Below are positions 1-8,535 of a DNA stretch of 64,000 nt, in pieces. The stretch is taken from the NCBI GenBank assembly GCA_045646525.1, contig JAZRKX010000038.1, forward strand, positions 8,885 to 72,884, written 5' to 3'. This stretch comes from Clostridia bacterium. Its GTDB lineage: Bacteria > Bacillota > Clostridia > UMGS1810. Below the pieces are notes generated by a model. It was not told the origin of the DNA. It was given only the letters and a program-made list of their open reading frames with translations, and ran no database searches. Within the stretch, counting starts at the first letter, position 1, and each line of letters starts with the position of its first letter. Made by a program: the position numbers and the translations under genes.

Positions 1-434
1 GAGTTTCGCAGAAGGTTATTGACGAGTTTATATTATCTAAGGCAGACTTTATTTTAAAAGCCTTAGACAAGTATGCGAATAGAACGGAAAAGCCTAGTGT
101 GCAATATTTTGCCGAGGATGAAATTCGTGGCTTTATACTTGAACTGTGTGAAAAGATACACCCATACTTTGAAAAGTTTGGTGTGCAATATCCTACAATA
201 AAGTTCAGACGGATGGTATCTCAATGGGGTAATTGCCATTCACAAAAGGGAGTTTTGACTTTTAATACGAATTTGATGTATGTGCCGATTGAGTGTATAG
301 AATATGTGGTAGCTCATGAATTTACACATTTTCTGCAACCCAATCACTCAAGCAAGTTCTACGATGAATTAGCTAAAATAATGCCCGATTGGAAAACTCG
401 CAGGCAAAAGCTAAAATCTATTTCGATAAGATAG
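1..434 (+). CDS. YgjP-like M48/DUF45 zinc metallopeptidase, 5' end outside the window
   Basis: The reading frame is open from the window edge (VSQKVIDEFILSKADFILKALDKY...). It carries HEFTH (HExxH) followed by KFY..L, typical of the YgjP/DUF45 family. The listed start at 99 is only the first in-window start codon. Confidence 0.7.
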   Translation, partial: VSQKVIDEFILSKADFILKALDKYANRTEKPSVQYFAEDEIRGFILELCEKIHPYFEKFGVQYPTIKFRRMVSQWGNCHSQKGVLTFNTNLMYVPIECIEYVVAHEFTHFLQPNHSSKFYDELAKIMPDWKTRRQKLKSISIR

Positions 435-461
435 AAAAAGCGGTCATAAAGGAGAGTAACT

Positions 462-815
462 ATGATTAAATATATTTGTTATCCTAAATGTACAACCTGT
501 CAGAAAGCTAAAAAGTGGCTTGATGACAACAAAATAGAATGCGAGCTTCGTGATATTAAAAAGGATAATCCGAGTTATGAAGAATTAACCACTTGGCATA
601 AAATGAGCGAACTTCCGCTTAAGAAGTTCTTTAACACATCAGGACTTTTGTATAAGTCAATGGAACTGAAGGACAAGCTTCCTGCAATGTCAGACGAAGA
701 ACAATTAAGACTCCTTTCCACAGACGGAATGCTCGTAAAACGTCCGCTTGTAATAGGCGAAGACTTTGTTTTAGTTGGATTCAAGGAAAGTGAATGGAGC
801 GAAGTGTTACGATAA
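462..815 (+). CDS. ArsC/Spx/MgsR-family (arsenate reductase-like, thioredoxin-fold) protein
   Basis: 117 aa with an N-terminal CTTC redox motif (YPKCTTCQKAKKWL). The C-terminal LVKRPLVI..DFVLVGF is typical of the ArsC/YffB/Spx family. An RBS (AAGGAG) lies upstream. Confidence 0.75.
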   Translation: MIKYICYPKCTTCQKAKKWLDDNKIECELRDIKKDNPSYEELTTWHKMSELPLKKFFNTSGLLYKSMELKDKLPAMSDEEQLRLLSTDGMLVKRPLVIGEDFVLVGFKESEWSEVLR

Positions 816-857
816 AAAATTTAGGAACGAAAGCAATATAAAGAGGTGAATATTGTC

Positions 858-1538
858 ATGTCAGAAAATAAAATCCCGTTTGTTGGAAAAGTAGAAAAAA
901 TCACATTAGTTTCTATGCCTTGTTTCTACATCTGTCCACCTAAGGTTGGAGAGGATGATGAACAAAAGCTCACCATAAATAAAAACGGAAAAGTTACATT
1001 TACCTCTAAATTTTATCAGGTTTTGGGCATTTGTCCGATGAGCTATGGACGATGGGGAAAGACAACATTAGATAAGGACACGACATTTGAATTGCTTGAA
1101 GCTATAGTGAGACCTTTTAGAGAACCATATATTGAAACGTTTTGCACAGATGTTGGGAGTTGGTATTTGGTAGCCTTTAATACTGAAGGACAGAAATTTG
1201 AATTTGATGGACGTTTAATGTGTGATTCGTTTGAAGGTGCAGAAGAATTATCTTATCATATCCGTCAAACACTGATGATGCCAGATTTGTTTGCATTTGA
1301 TGGTGGGTATGGCATAAATTCAACAGACTATATTTACTTGAGTGTTGAATTTTCACATGGTGGAAAAACCTATTATTATAGGACAGACGATGATAGCGTA
1401 TCAGAGGGTGATGTTGTAATCGTGCCTGTTGGTGACGGAACCGAAAAGAAAGCACGAGTGGTTGATGTTGAATGTTTTAAAGAGGATAATGTTCCTATGC
1501 CGCTTGAAGAAGTGAAGTATATTCTTCGAAAGCTATAG
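858..1538 (+). CDS. hypothetical protein
   Basis: Long ORF (track 846..1538). The ATG at 858 follows AGAGG. No family recognised. Confidence 0.5.
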   Translation: MSENKIPFVGKVEKITLVSMPCFYICPPKVGEDDEQKLTINKNGKVTFTSKFYQVLGICPMSYGRWGKTTLDKDTTFELLEAIVRPFREPYIETFCTDVGSWYLVAFNTEGQKFEFDGRLMCDSFEGAEELSYHIRQTLMMPDLFAFDGGYGINSTDYIYLSVEFSHGGKTYYYRTDDDSVSEGDVVIVPVGDGTEKKARVVDVECFKEDNVPMPLEEVKYILRKL

Positions 1539-1557
1539 GGTTGAACAGAGGTACATA

Positions 1558-1955
1558 ATGGTTAAAAAGATTATAAAAGACATTTTTATATTCAGAAAAG
1601 CTGAGCCTGCAACAAAAGAAGACTTGCAGGTCGCAATAGATTTGGCAGACACCTTGCAGGCAAATGCAGATATTTGCGTTGGCATGGCGGCTAATATGAT
1701 TGGCGTTAACAAAAGGATTATCGCATTTTTTGTTGGTCCGATGGTTATGACAATGATAAACCCTATTATTGTTAAAAAGTCGAAGGAAACCTACGAGGTG
1801 GGTCATTATCTGGAACTCGTAATACAGTCAGGCATCAGGAAATTGAGGTTGAATATCTTGATATGAATTTCAAGAAGCAGCGGCAAGCTTACAGTGGCTT
1901 CCCTGCGCAGATTATTCAACACGAAATCGACCACTGCGATGGGGTTGTTATATAG
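1558..1955 (+). pseudogene. def: peptide deformylase paralogue, apparently disrupted (frameshift and missing Cys ligand)
   Basis: The N-terminal part (1558..1866) has GMAANMIGV, the motif 1 variant of short Firmicute def paralogues. The C-terminal part, with QHEIDHCDG (the HExxH metal site), is only in the -1 frame (open 1776..1955, stop TAG 1953-1955). No TGC or TGT codon occurs in any frame where EGCLS should lie. Confidence 0.6.
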
Positions 1956-2003
1956 ACAAGATACTGAAAAGAAAAATGATAGAATTCATTATAGGAGGAT
2001 AAA

Positions 2004-2492
2004 ATGATTGAAGCTATAATAGGTGTTTTTGGAACCATTTTAGGTACGGTCTTGGGGTGGTGCTTAGGTAATATTAAAAGTAATCGCTTGATTTTTAATA
2101 TAAAAGAAATACATTTGATGGATAAAGGAGATTATTATAAGGCATATTTTCATTTAAATATGTTTAATAAATCTGACAAGCCTAAAGCTTTAAGGAATCT
2201 TAAAATATGTGGTTATAAAAATAATGTGTGTGTCGTTCAATCGGAGGTTGAAAGTTCACCCGAAAATGGGTTTGCTAATAATGCCGAGAGAGAGGAATAT
2301 GAGGCATACTTAAGAGAGATTTCTTTATTAACTATCAATGCATACGAAAGCAAGGAAGTATCGTGTAAAATAGAATTTATAGATTTTGAAGAAGATGCTG
2401 AGTTTTTTCTGGAATATAATGATGATAACTTTAAACTACGACAAGTTCCTATAAATATTGTGATAAAAAAGAAAAAGAATCGTGGAGAATAA
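2004..2492 (+). CDS. hypothetical membrane-anchored protein
   Basis: 162-aa ORF with RBS AGGAGG and a single N-terminal hydrophobic helix (IIGVFGTILGTVLGWCLG). No family recognised. Confidence 0.5.
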   Translation: MIEAIIGVFGTILGTVLGWCLGNIKSNRLIFNIKEIHLMDKGDYYKAYFHLNMFNKSDKPKALRNLKICGYKNNVCVVQSEVESSPENGFANNAEREEYEAYLREISLLTINAYESKEVSCKIEFIDFEEDAEFFLEYNDDNFKLRQVPINIVIKKKKNRGE

Positions 2493-2713
2493 TAGTTTAT
2501 ATTATGACAGTTACAAAATTTTAGTTTATTAATCAACTAATCACGTCGAAAGGCTTGATTATATAAAAATTATTTTTAAGGAGTATTGCTGTTTGAAGAA
2601 AAACAACACCTTGGATATTGTAGCATAGACGGAGGCTGTGAAAAATATCTGCACAAGTCTCCCAAGATTGCAGTCAACAATTATCAGAATGAAAATAAAT
2701 GGAGAGGAAAACT

Positions 2714-2944
2714 ATGAGAAAGCTGTTTGAATATGCTAACATCTATGCGAGCCAAAGCACGTTTAAGGATTTTGCTCTTGTTAAGTTCTGCTTGTGTGCA
2801 ATCGGCGTATTTATAGGTGTTCTTCTGCCGGAATCCGTTCAAGCTTATGCTTTAATCGTCGCCGGTGCAGTTTTTCTTATTACATACATTCTGTTGATGC
2901 TTAAATTTATTAAGTTGATAATCAACGAAAGTAAGAAGAAATAG
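2714..2944 (+). CDS. small two-helix membrane protein
   Basis: ORF 2699..2944. The ATG at 2714 lies after GGAGAGG. Two hydrophobic segments. Confidence 0.45.
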   Translation: MRKLFEYANIYASQSTFKDFALVKFCLCAIGVFIGVLLPESVQAYALIVAGAVFLITYILLMLKFIKLIINESKKK

Positions 2945-2962
2945 AAGTTGGAGTGAAAAGTT

Positions 2963-3535
2963 ATGAGAAAGAATTTAGGTGCGAAGGCAATTTTATATCC
3001 AATGCCGGTTCTTATCATAGGAACATATGATAAGAACCGAAAACCTAATGCAATGAATGCTGCTTGGGGTGGTATAAGCGAAGAAACACAGATTTCTATT
3101 TGTGTTGATGACGGACACAAGACTGCAAAGAATGTGGTTAAAACAGGTGCATTTACCGTTAGTATTGCAGATGCAGAAAATGTTATTGCGTGCGACTATG
3201 TTGGTATTGTTTCTGGTAATAAAGTACCCGATAAAATCGAAAAAGCAGGTTGGCACGTTACAAAGAGTGAATTTGTGAATGCTCCGCTTTTTGATGAGCT
3301 GCCTATGGCGCTTGAATGCAAACTCATCAGCTACGACGCAGAATCTTGCAGACTTGTTGGTGAAATTTTAAATGTCTCTGCTGACGAAAGAATACTTGAC
3401 GAAAACGGAAAAATTGACTTGAATAAATTTAGTCCTATCACATATGACCCAGTACATCATATCTATCGTAAGATTGGTGATGTGATTGGTAAAGCTTTTA
3501 GTGATGGGGTGAAAACAAATAAATTACACCTATAA
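2963..3535 (+). CDS. flavin reductase family protein (FMN-binding split barrel)
   Basis: 190 aa. The N-terminus LYPMPVLIIGTYD...PNAMNAAWGG is typical of flavoredoxin/flavin reductase-like domain proteins. Confidence 0.75.
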   Translation: MRKNLGAKAILYPMPVLIIGTYDKNRKPNAMNAAWGGISEETQISICVDDGHKTAKNVVKTGAFTVSIADAENVIACDYVGIVSGNKVPDKIEKAGWHVTKSEFVNAPLFDELPMALECKLISYDAESCRLVGEILNVSADERILDENGKIDLNKFSPITYDPVHHIYRKIGDVIGKAFSDGVKTNKLHL

Positions 3536-3596
3536 TAACTAGAGGTGTATATATTTCCTGCGAAATACAACAAATACTATTTTAGGAGAAAATGCT

Positions 3597-4370
3597 ATGG
3601 AATTTAAAAACCCAACTATTGAATTACCACAAAGTGAAACGATAAAGAAGATTACCAAAAAGAAAGAAGGTATAGGAGAATATAACAAATTAGAATCCAC
3701 GTATTTTGTTTTTCTGGATGTATTAGGATTTAAACAAACTTACGAAGATATTTCAAAAGAAATAAAAGCAGTATTTGAATATTTTAATTCTTTAATTGCA
3801 CAGCTTGGATTTTTGGAGAAAACTCCCGAAAAATGTTATGCTGGGCAAACCTCTGATAGCTTATATTTTTACACGACGGAGTTGAATTATTTAGTTTGTT
3901 TTATTAATGTGTTTTTGCATTTTGGTTTATATGCTATGAGCAAAAATGTGTTTTTTAGGGGTGGTATTTCTAAGGGAACGCTTTACGTTAACAAACCATA
4001 CCAATTCTACGGGAACTGCGTAATAAACTCATTCCTATTAGAAGAAGATATAGCTAAAATGCCAAGAATAGCAATTGATAAAAAAACAATAAAGGATTTG
4101 AAAGGAAATACCCAAAATTGGAATATTGAAGAAGATCAAGACAGGACTTATTTAAATTTCTTTTCACAAAGTGTGTTAAACGATGTTGAAGATTATTTGG
4201 ATATGCCTAGTACTGAAAATAAAAAAATAAATGTGGATGTTATCAAGAAAATAAGGAGCAATATAGTAACTAATATGGATAACTTGGAATTTAACGAAAA
4301 GACATATAAAAAATACTGCTATTTAAAAAAATCCTGCGAAAAATTTATTGAACAAATCAAAAACAACTAG
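3597..4370 (+). CDS. minimal palm-domain nucleotide cyclase/polymerase-like protein (class III cyclase / GGDEF / Cas10-mCpol-like)
   Basis: 257 aa. Three motifs occur in the canonical order: YFVFLDVLGFK (Asp41 on strand 1), GQTSDSLYFY (Asp87) and FFRGGISKG (Arg121-x-G-I-x-x-G). No TM segment, sensor or effector domain recognised. The assignment rests on motif resemblance only. Confidence 0.4.
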   Translation: MEFKNPTIELPQSETIKKITKKKEGIGEYNKLESTYFVFLDVLGFKQTYEDISKEIKAVFEYFNSLIAQLGFLEKTPEKCYAGQTSDSLYFYTTELNYLVCFINVFLHFGLYAMSKNVFFRGGISKGTLYVNKPYQFYGNCVINSFLLEEDIAKMPRIAIDKKTIKDLKGNTQNWNIEEDQDRTYLNFFSQSVLNDVEDYLDMPSTENKKINVDVIKKIRSNIVTNMDNLEFNEKTYKKYCYLKKSCEKFIEQIKNN

Positions 4371-4411
4371 AATAAAAAAGAAAAATATACATATGATAGG
4401 AGATAAATGTT

Positions 4412-5878
4412 ATGAATGATATATATGTTGGAGCGAGTATATTGAATATAATTACTGAGTCACTATACGAAAGACCGATTGTTGTTTTTAGAGAATATGT
4501 GCAGAATTCTGTGGATTCTATGGCGATGATTGAAAATGAGGAAAATAAACGGGATTTATGCAATTACATTTGGAATAAAGGTGAAAATTTGTATTTTTTG
4601 GACAATGGCAAAGGAATATTGAAGGAAGAATTTTTGCCAAAAATGAAAAGCATTGCATTCTCTGGCAAGGAAAAAACTACAAATTTGGGTTATAAGGGTA
4701 TCGGTCGTCTGTCTGGTGTTTCCTATTGCCAAAAATTGAGGTTTATTAACATTTTAGATTTTAAAAACGATGTTTTTCAAGAGTATTCAATAGATTGTAA
4801 TGAATATGCCAAACTTCAGAAAAACGAAAATTATAATGAGTTAACTTTTGAGGAATTGATGGATTGTATTGGAACATTAAATGAAAATGTTTCGTCTCAA
4901 GAAATACATGAAACAATTAAAACTCACTCAGATATTTTCGAGAAAAGAAATGAAGGATTTTTGGTTATATTAGAAGAAATATCTCAAGTCTTAAAAAATA
5001 TTATAAAAGATAAAAGGTTTGGTAATGAACTAGGGTGGCTACTGCCAGTTCCGTTTGATTCTGAAATGATTTCTGGGGAAGACAATAATGATGTTCTATT
5101 TAAATCATTAAGCGAAGAGAAAATCCTTAACAATATAATAGCAGCAAAATCGTACAATATATTTTACAATAATACTCAAATTTTTAGACCCATAAAGAAA
5201 CGCATGCTAAGAAAGTATACTTGTAAAAGTAATTTAGGTAAATATGCAATATGTGTACACACATTTTCGAATGAAAGGATACAGATCGATAGTTCCAATG
5301 AATTTTCAGGAATAAGGGTATATATAGACAATATGCTCTTATGTGATGAAGCTGAATTAATAACAATGTTAGAACAGTATAATTATACTACTTCCTCTAG
5401 AAATGAGTTGATACAAGCTTCTAGGGGTATAGGTGCGATGATTTATATAGTTGACAAAGTTAATATTTCTGCAAATGCGAGACGTACTTTTATAGAAACT
5501 ACCGATCAAGATTCAATGGAATTTTTGGGGTTGATTGGTTCTTTTATAAGCAATGTAAATGCTGCTAGATATGCTTTGTCAAAGTATGCATCTGCCTTAA
5601 AAAACAGTGAAAGTATAGAATCAGACATACAAATTAAAAAACAAAAGGCATTGATAAACCTTCAAAAACTTGCAAGTGATGAAATACAGGTGGAAGTAAA
5701 ATTAGATGATAAACAAACTGAGTTTGAAAAATTGAGCGCCATAGAGCAAAAGAAAATAGTAAAGACCAAAATAAGTAGGGGTATAAACGAATCAATTAAA
5801 GACTACTTAAATAATGCTACAAGTCTTAATATCGAAACATGCACAGAAGATTTTAAAATATGGTTCTTATCAAATTAA
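4412..5878 (+). CDS. GHKL-superfamily ATPase (Hsp90/MORC/HATPase_c_3-like) with long C-terminal extension
   Basis: 488 aa with Bergerat-fold motifs: REYVQNSVDS (E-x3-N-x2-D), YFLDNGKGI (DxGxG) and GYKGIGRLSG (GxxGxG). The C-terminal tail is K/E-rich and looks like a coiled coil. Confidence 0.65.
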   Translation: MNDIYVGASILNIITESLYERPIVVFREYVQNSVDSMAMIENEENKRDLCNYIWNKGENLYFLDNGKGILKEEFLPKMKSIAFSGKEKTTNLGYKGIGRLSGVSYCQKLRFINILDFKNDVFQEYSIDCNEYAKLQKNENYNELTFEELMDCIGTLNENVSSQEIHETIKTHSDIFEKRNEGFLVILEEISQVLKNIIKDKRFGNELGWLLPVPFDSEMISGEDNNDVLFKSLSEEKILNNIIAAKSYNIFYNNTQIFRPIKKRMLRKYTCKSNLGKYAICVHTFSNERIQIDSSNEFSGIRVYIDNMLLCDEAELITMLEQYNYTTSSRNELIQASRGIGAMIYIVDKVNISANARRTFIETTDQDSMEFLGLIGSFISNVNAARYALSKYASALKNSESIESDIQIKKQKALINLQKLASDEIQVEVKLDDKQTEFEKLSAIEQKKIVKTKISRGINESIKDYLNNATSLNIETCTEDFKIWFLSN

Positions 5879-5934
5879 CTAAACCCTCTTTACAAATCGT
5901 CTCGTTCATGATAAACTTATATGGGTGATTAATT

Positions 5935-7605
5935 ATGGAAAAGATTTTACTGGTGGAGCCTAACTATAAAAATAAGTACCCTCCAATCGGATTAATGAAA
6001 ATTTCACATTATTATAAAGCAAAAGGTGATTTTGTTCAATTTCATAAAGGCTTGTTGCCAACTTCGGAGGTATCCTTTTATGATAAAGTATTAATAACAA
6101 CATTGTTCACCTTTGATTTCGATATGTGTGTAAAAACAATTAAATATTATATTGCAATAGTTGGCGCCGAAAGAGTGTTTGTAGGTGGTATTGCTGCAAC
6201 GATAATGCCAGAAAAATTTATTAAAGAAATTCCTAATATAAATTTACTGAAAGGGCAGTTGACCTCATCTAGTGTTTTGGGATATGATGACGACATAAAT
6301 ATTGATATATTGCCTCTTGATTATGATATGCTATTAGACATTGAATATGATTATCCAGCTGCTGATAGTTATTTCATTTACACATCTAGAGGTTGCCCTA
6401 GAAAATGTACATTTTGCGCTGTTCAAAAACTCGAGCCTGAATTTTATGATTGCCAAAATGTAGAGGATCAAGTTTCCCGAGTAGATAACAAATATGGTAT
6501 TAAGAGAAATCTTTTAATAATGGATAATAACATTCTATATTCATCAAAATATGAAGAGACAATAAATGTTTTGGAAAAGATAGGCTTTGGAATATCCAAT
6601 AATACCTGTAAGAAGAATAATAATATTAGATTCTATTTGGAAAGTATAAGCAAGCGTATAGAAGTGGGTAAAAATTATGATTGTTTGCTGAATAGAATAA
6701 AAAAAGAATTTTTGGGGTTGAAGTTTAGAAGAATTAGTAATAATGATCAGGAAAAACTGAAAGTTCTTATAGAAAGTATTAACGAGGGAGACAATCGCTT
6801 TGTAGAGGAGTTGTTAAAAGAAAAAAAATATCTGGTCGATTTTTTTGATAGATATCATTATCACAAGATTAAACGGTTTGTCGATTTCAATCAAGGATTA
6901 GATGCTCGCTTGTTTTCAGAAGAAAAGGCAAAGATTATGGCTAAGATAGCAGTTAGGCCTTGTAGAATTGCATTTGATCATATTGAAACACAGGATACAT
7001 ATTTGCAAGCTTTAGAGAATGCGGCAAAGTATGGAATTAAGGAGTTTTCTAATTACTTGCTATATAATTTTAAGGACAAGCCAGAAGATTTATGGACAAG
7101 GCTTGCTATAAATATCGATTTTTGTGAAAAACATAATGACAAAAATGTATCTCTGTTCTCATTCCCTATGAAATACGCAGCAATAGATAAAACAGACAGA
7201 AACTATGTTGGAGAAAATTGGTGCAGAAAATTTTTGAGATCAATTAATGTAATTTTAAATGTTACATCCGGTGTTGTTACAAGAGAAAAGGATTTTTTTG
7301 AAAGAGCTTACGGTAAAAACCCAGATGAATTTAGAACTATATTAACAATGCCAGATGACTTTATTAGATACAGGGATTTTTTCGAAAAAAATGGATTGAC
7401 TAATAAATGGAAAGAAGAATATAACAAATTATCAAACGATAAAAAAGAACAACTTCTATATGTGCTGTCACAATATAAAACGGATATTGAAGCATTTGAT
7501 AAATCTGACGATACTTCTTTAAAATATATAATGGAATTTTACTCTATAAAGAAAAAAGAGTACGAGAAAAATGAACTGTTTTATAAAAGAAAGTATTCAT
7601 TATAA
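5935..7605 (+). CDS. radical SAM enzyme with N-terminal B12-binding-like domain
   Basis: 556 aa. The N-terminus KILLVEPNYKNKYPPIGLMKIS resembles the Rossmann-like start of class B radical SAM enzymes. SRGCPRKCTFCAV gives CxxxCxxC (Cys154/158/161). There is no Cys-rich SPASM-type tail. Confidence 0.7.
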   Translation: MEKILLVEPNYKNKYPPIGLMKISHYYKAKGDFVQFHKGLLPTSEVSFYDKVLITTLFTFDFDMCVKTIKYYIAIVGAERVFVGGIAATIMPEKFIKEIPNINLLKGQLTSSSVLGYDDDINIDILPLDYDMLLDIEYDYPAADSYFIYTSRGCPRKCTFCAVQKLEPEFYDCQNVEDQVSRVDNKYGIKRNLLIMDNNILYSSKYEETINVLEKIGFGISNNTCKKNNNIRFYLESISKRIEVGKNYDCLLNRIKKEFLGLKFRRISNNDQEKLKVLIESINEGDNRFVEELLKEKKYLVDFFDRYHYHKIKRFVDFNQGLDARLFSEEKAKIMAKIAVRPCRIAFDHIETQDTYLQALENAAKYGIKEFSNYLLYNFKDKPEDLWTRLAINIDFCEKHNDKNVSLFSFPMKYAAIDKTDRNYVGENWCRKFLRSINVILNVTSGVVTREKDFFERAYGKNPDEFRTILTMPDDFIRYRDFFEKNGLTNKWKEEYNKLSNDKKEQLLYVLSQYKTDIEAFDKSDDTSLKYIMEFYSIKKKEYEKNELFYKRKYSL

Positions 7606-7669
7606 ATTCCTTCGTTGACTTCCGTCACTTTCTGTGGTACTGTTTGTGTTACCAAAGGAGGTGACACGG

Positions 7670-7912
7670 ATGGTAAAGTACAAATTAGAAGACATCATGT
7701 GTGGCGAGAAGTACAACATTGAGAGCGATGTATTTATGGAAGTATTCAGATTGGTAGAGCAAAAAGCAGATGCCAAAATGATACGAGAACAACTTAATAC
7801 GATTTATGTCAAGCACGCACTGCTGACAGCAAAGAAAATGATTGAAGAGGGCGACTCGATTTCGGATATACCGGAATTAGAGCCGCCCTTTCTATGTGAG
7901 GAGGGAAAATAA
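7670..7912 (+). CDS. hypothetical small protein (80 aa)
   Basis: ORF 7634..7912. The ATG at 7670 is preceded by AAAGGAGG. Its stop overlaps the start of the next ORF. Confidence 0.45.
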   Translation: MVKYKLEDIMCGEKYNIESDVFMEVFRLVEQKADAKMIREQLNTIYVKHALLTAKKMIEEGDSISDIPELEPPFLCEEGK

Positions 7913-8184
7913 TGCAAATACTTGAAGAATTCTGGTATGGGAACATACATCCAAATGAAAGGCATGGTGAGAGCAACATAGAAATGATTAAAATCAGCGA
8001 CCTGATAAAAAGGCACGAAGGAACATTGATAAAGTCACTAGACGAGAAAAACAAAGAGATATTCGAAAAATACAGAGACTGTTATGATGAACTGACGCAA
8101 CTTAACGAATGCGAAGTCTTCAAGATAGGCTTTAAATTAGGTGTCAGGATGCTACTCGAATGCTACGATGACCTGGCAAAATAA
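7912..8184 (+). CDS. hypothetical small protein (90 aa)
   Basis: The ATG overlaps the upstream stop (TAATG). N-terminus ILEEFWYGNIHPNE. Followed by a hairpin terminator. No family confidently recognised. Confidence 0.45.
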   Translation: MQILEEFWYGNIHPNERHGESNIEMIKISDLIKRHEGTLIKSLDEKNKEIFEKYRDCYDELTQLNECEVFKIGFKLGVRMLLECYDDLAK

Positions 8185-8189
8185 AAATT

Positions 8190-8218
8190 GGTGCAACCGC
8201 CATACGAGCAGTTGCACC
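8190..8218. terminator. bidirectional hairpin between convergent genes
   Basis: GGTGCAAC-N13-GTTGCACC, flanked by A-rich (left) and T-containing (right) runs. It sits between the 3' ends of 7912..8184 (+) and 8225..8425 (-). Confidence 0.6.
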
Positions 8219-8224
8219 AAATCT

Positions 8225-8425
8225 TTATTTACGAGTCGGTTTAACATTGACATCGGGATTGATGTCGCCATCAATAGAGCCGTGTTCTTCTTCAAACTTT
8301 TTGATGTTCTCACGAATCAGAACTAACACATGACTGTTTACGCTGCGACCTTCGTAGTCGGCAACATAACCGATTTTATTGAGCATTTCTTCCTCAATTC
8401 TTATGGACACACTTTTAATAGCCAT
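8225..8425 (-). CDS. ribbon-helix-helix (Arc/CopG-like) DNA-binding protein
   Basis: 66 aa. MAIKSVSIRIEEEMLNKIGYVADYEGRSVNSHVLVLIRENI matches the RHH pattern of a beta-strand followed by two helices. Confidence 0.65.
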   Translation of the reverse strand: MAIKSVSIRIEEEMLNKIGYVADYEGRSVNSHVLVLIRENIKKFEEEHGSIDGDINPDVNVKPTRK

Positions 8426-8475
8426 AAAATCACCTCATAATAAATATATTATGTATTTATTTTATAGCCTTTATG

Positions 8476-8510
8476 TGCTATAATGTTAAGAATAGATATA
8501 TAGTATATCT
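8476..8510 (+). promoter_or_regulatory. extended -10 promoter (TGcTATAAT) with adjacent perfect palindrome AGATATA-TAG-TATATCT
   Basis: TGCTATAAT lies at about 8476-8484. The 17-bp palindrome at about 8494-8510 sits where the transcript for 8536..9027 would start, in the divergent intergenic region next to the RHH gene. Confidence 0.45.
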
Positions 8511-8535
8511 AAAATAATTTTATGAGGTAATTATT

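Noticed and set aside
7606-7660. A possible terminator hairpin (TGGTA-N10-TACCA) after the radical SAM gene.
   Set aside because: The stem is only 5 bp with a large loop and no T tract. This is too weak to claim that the operon ends here.
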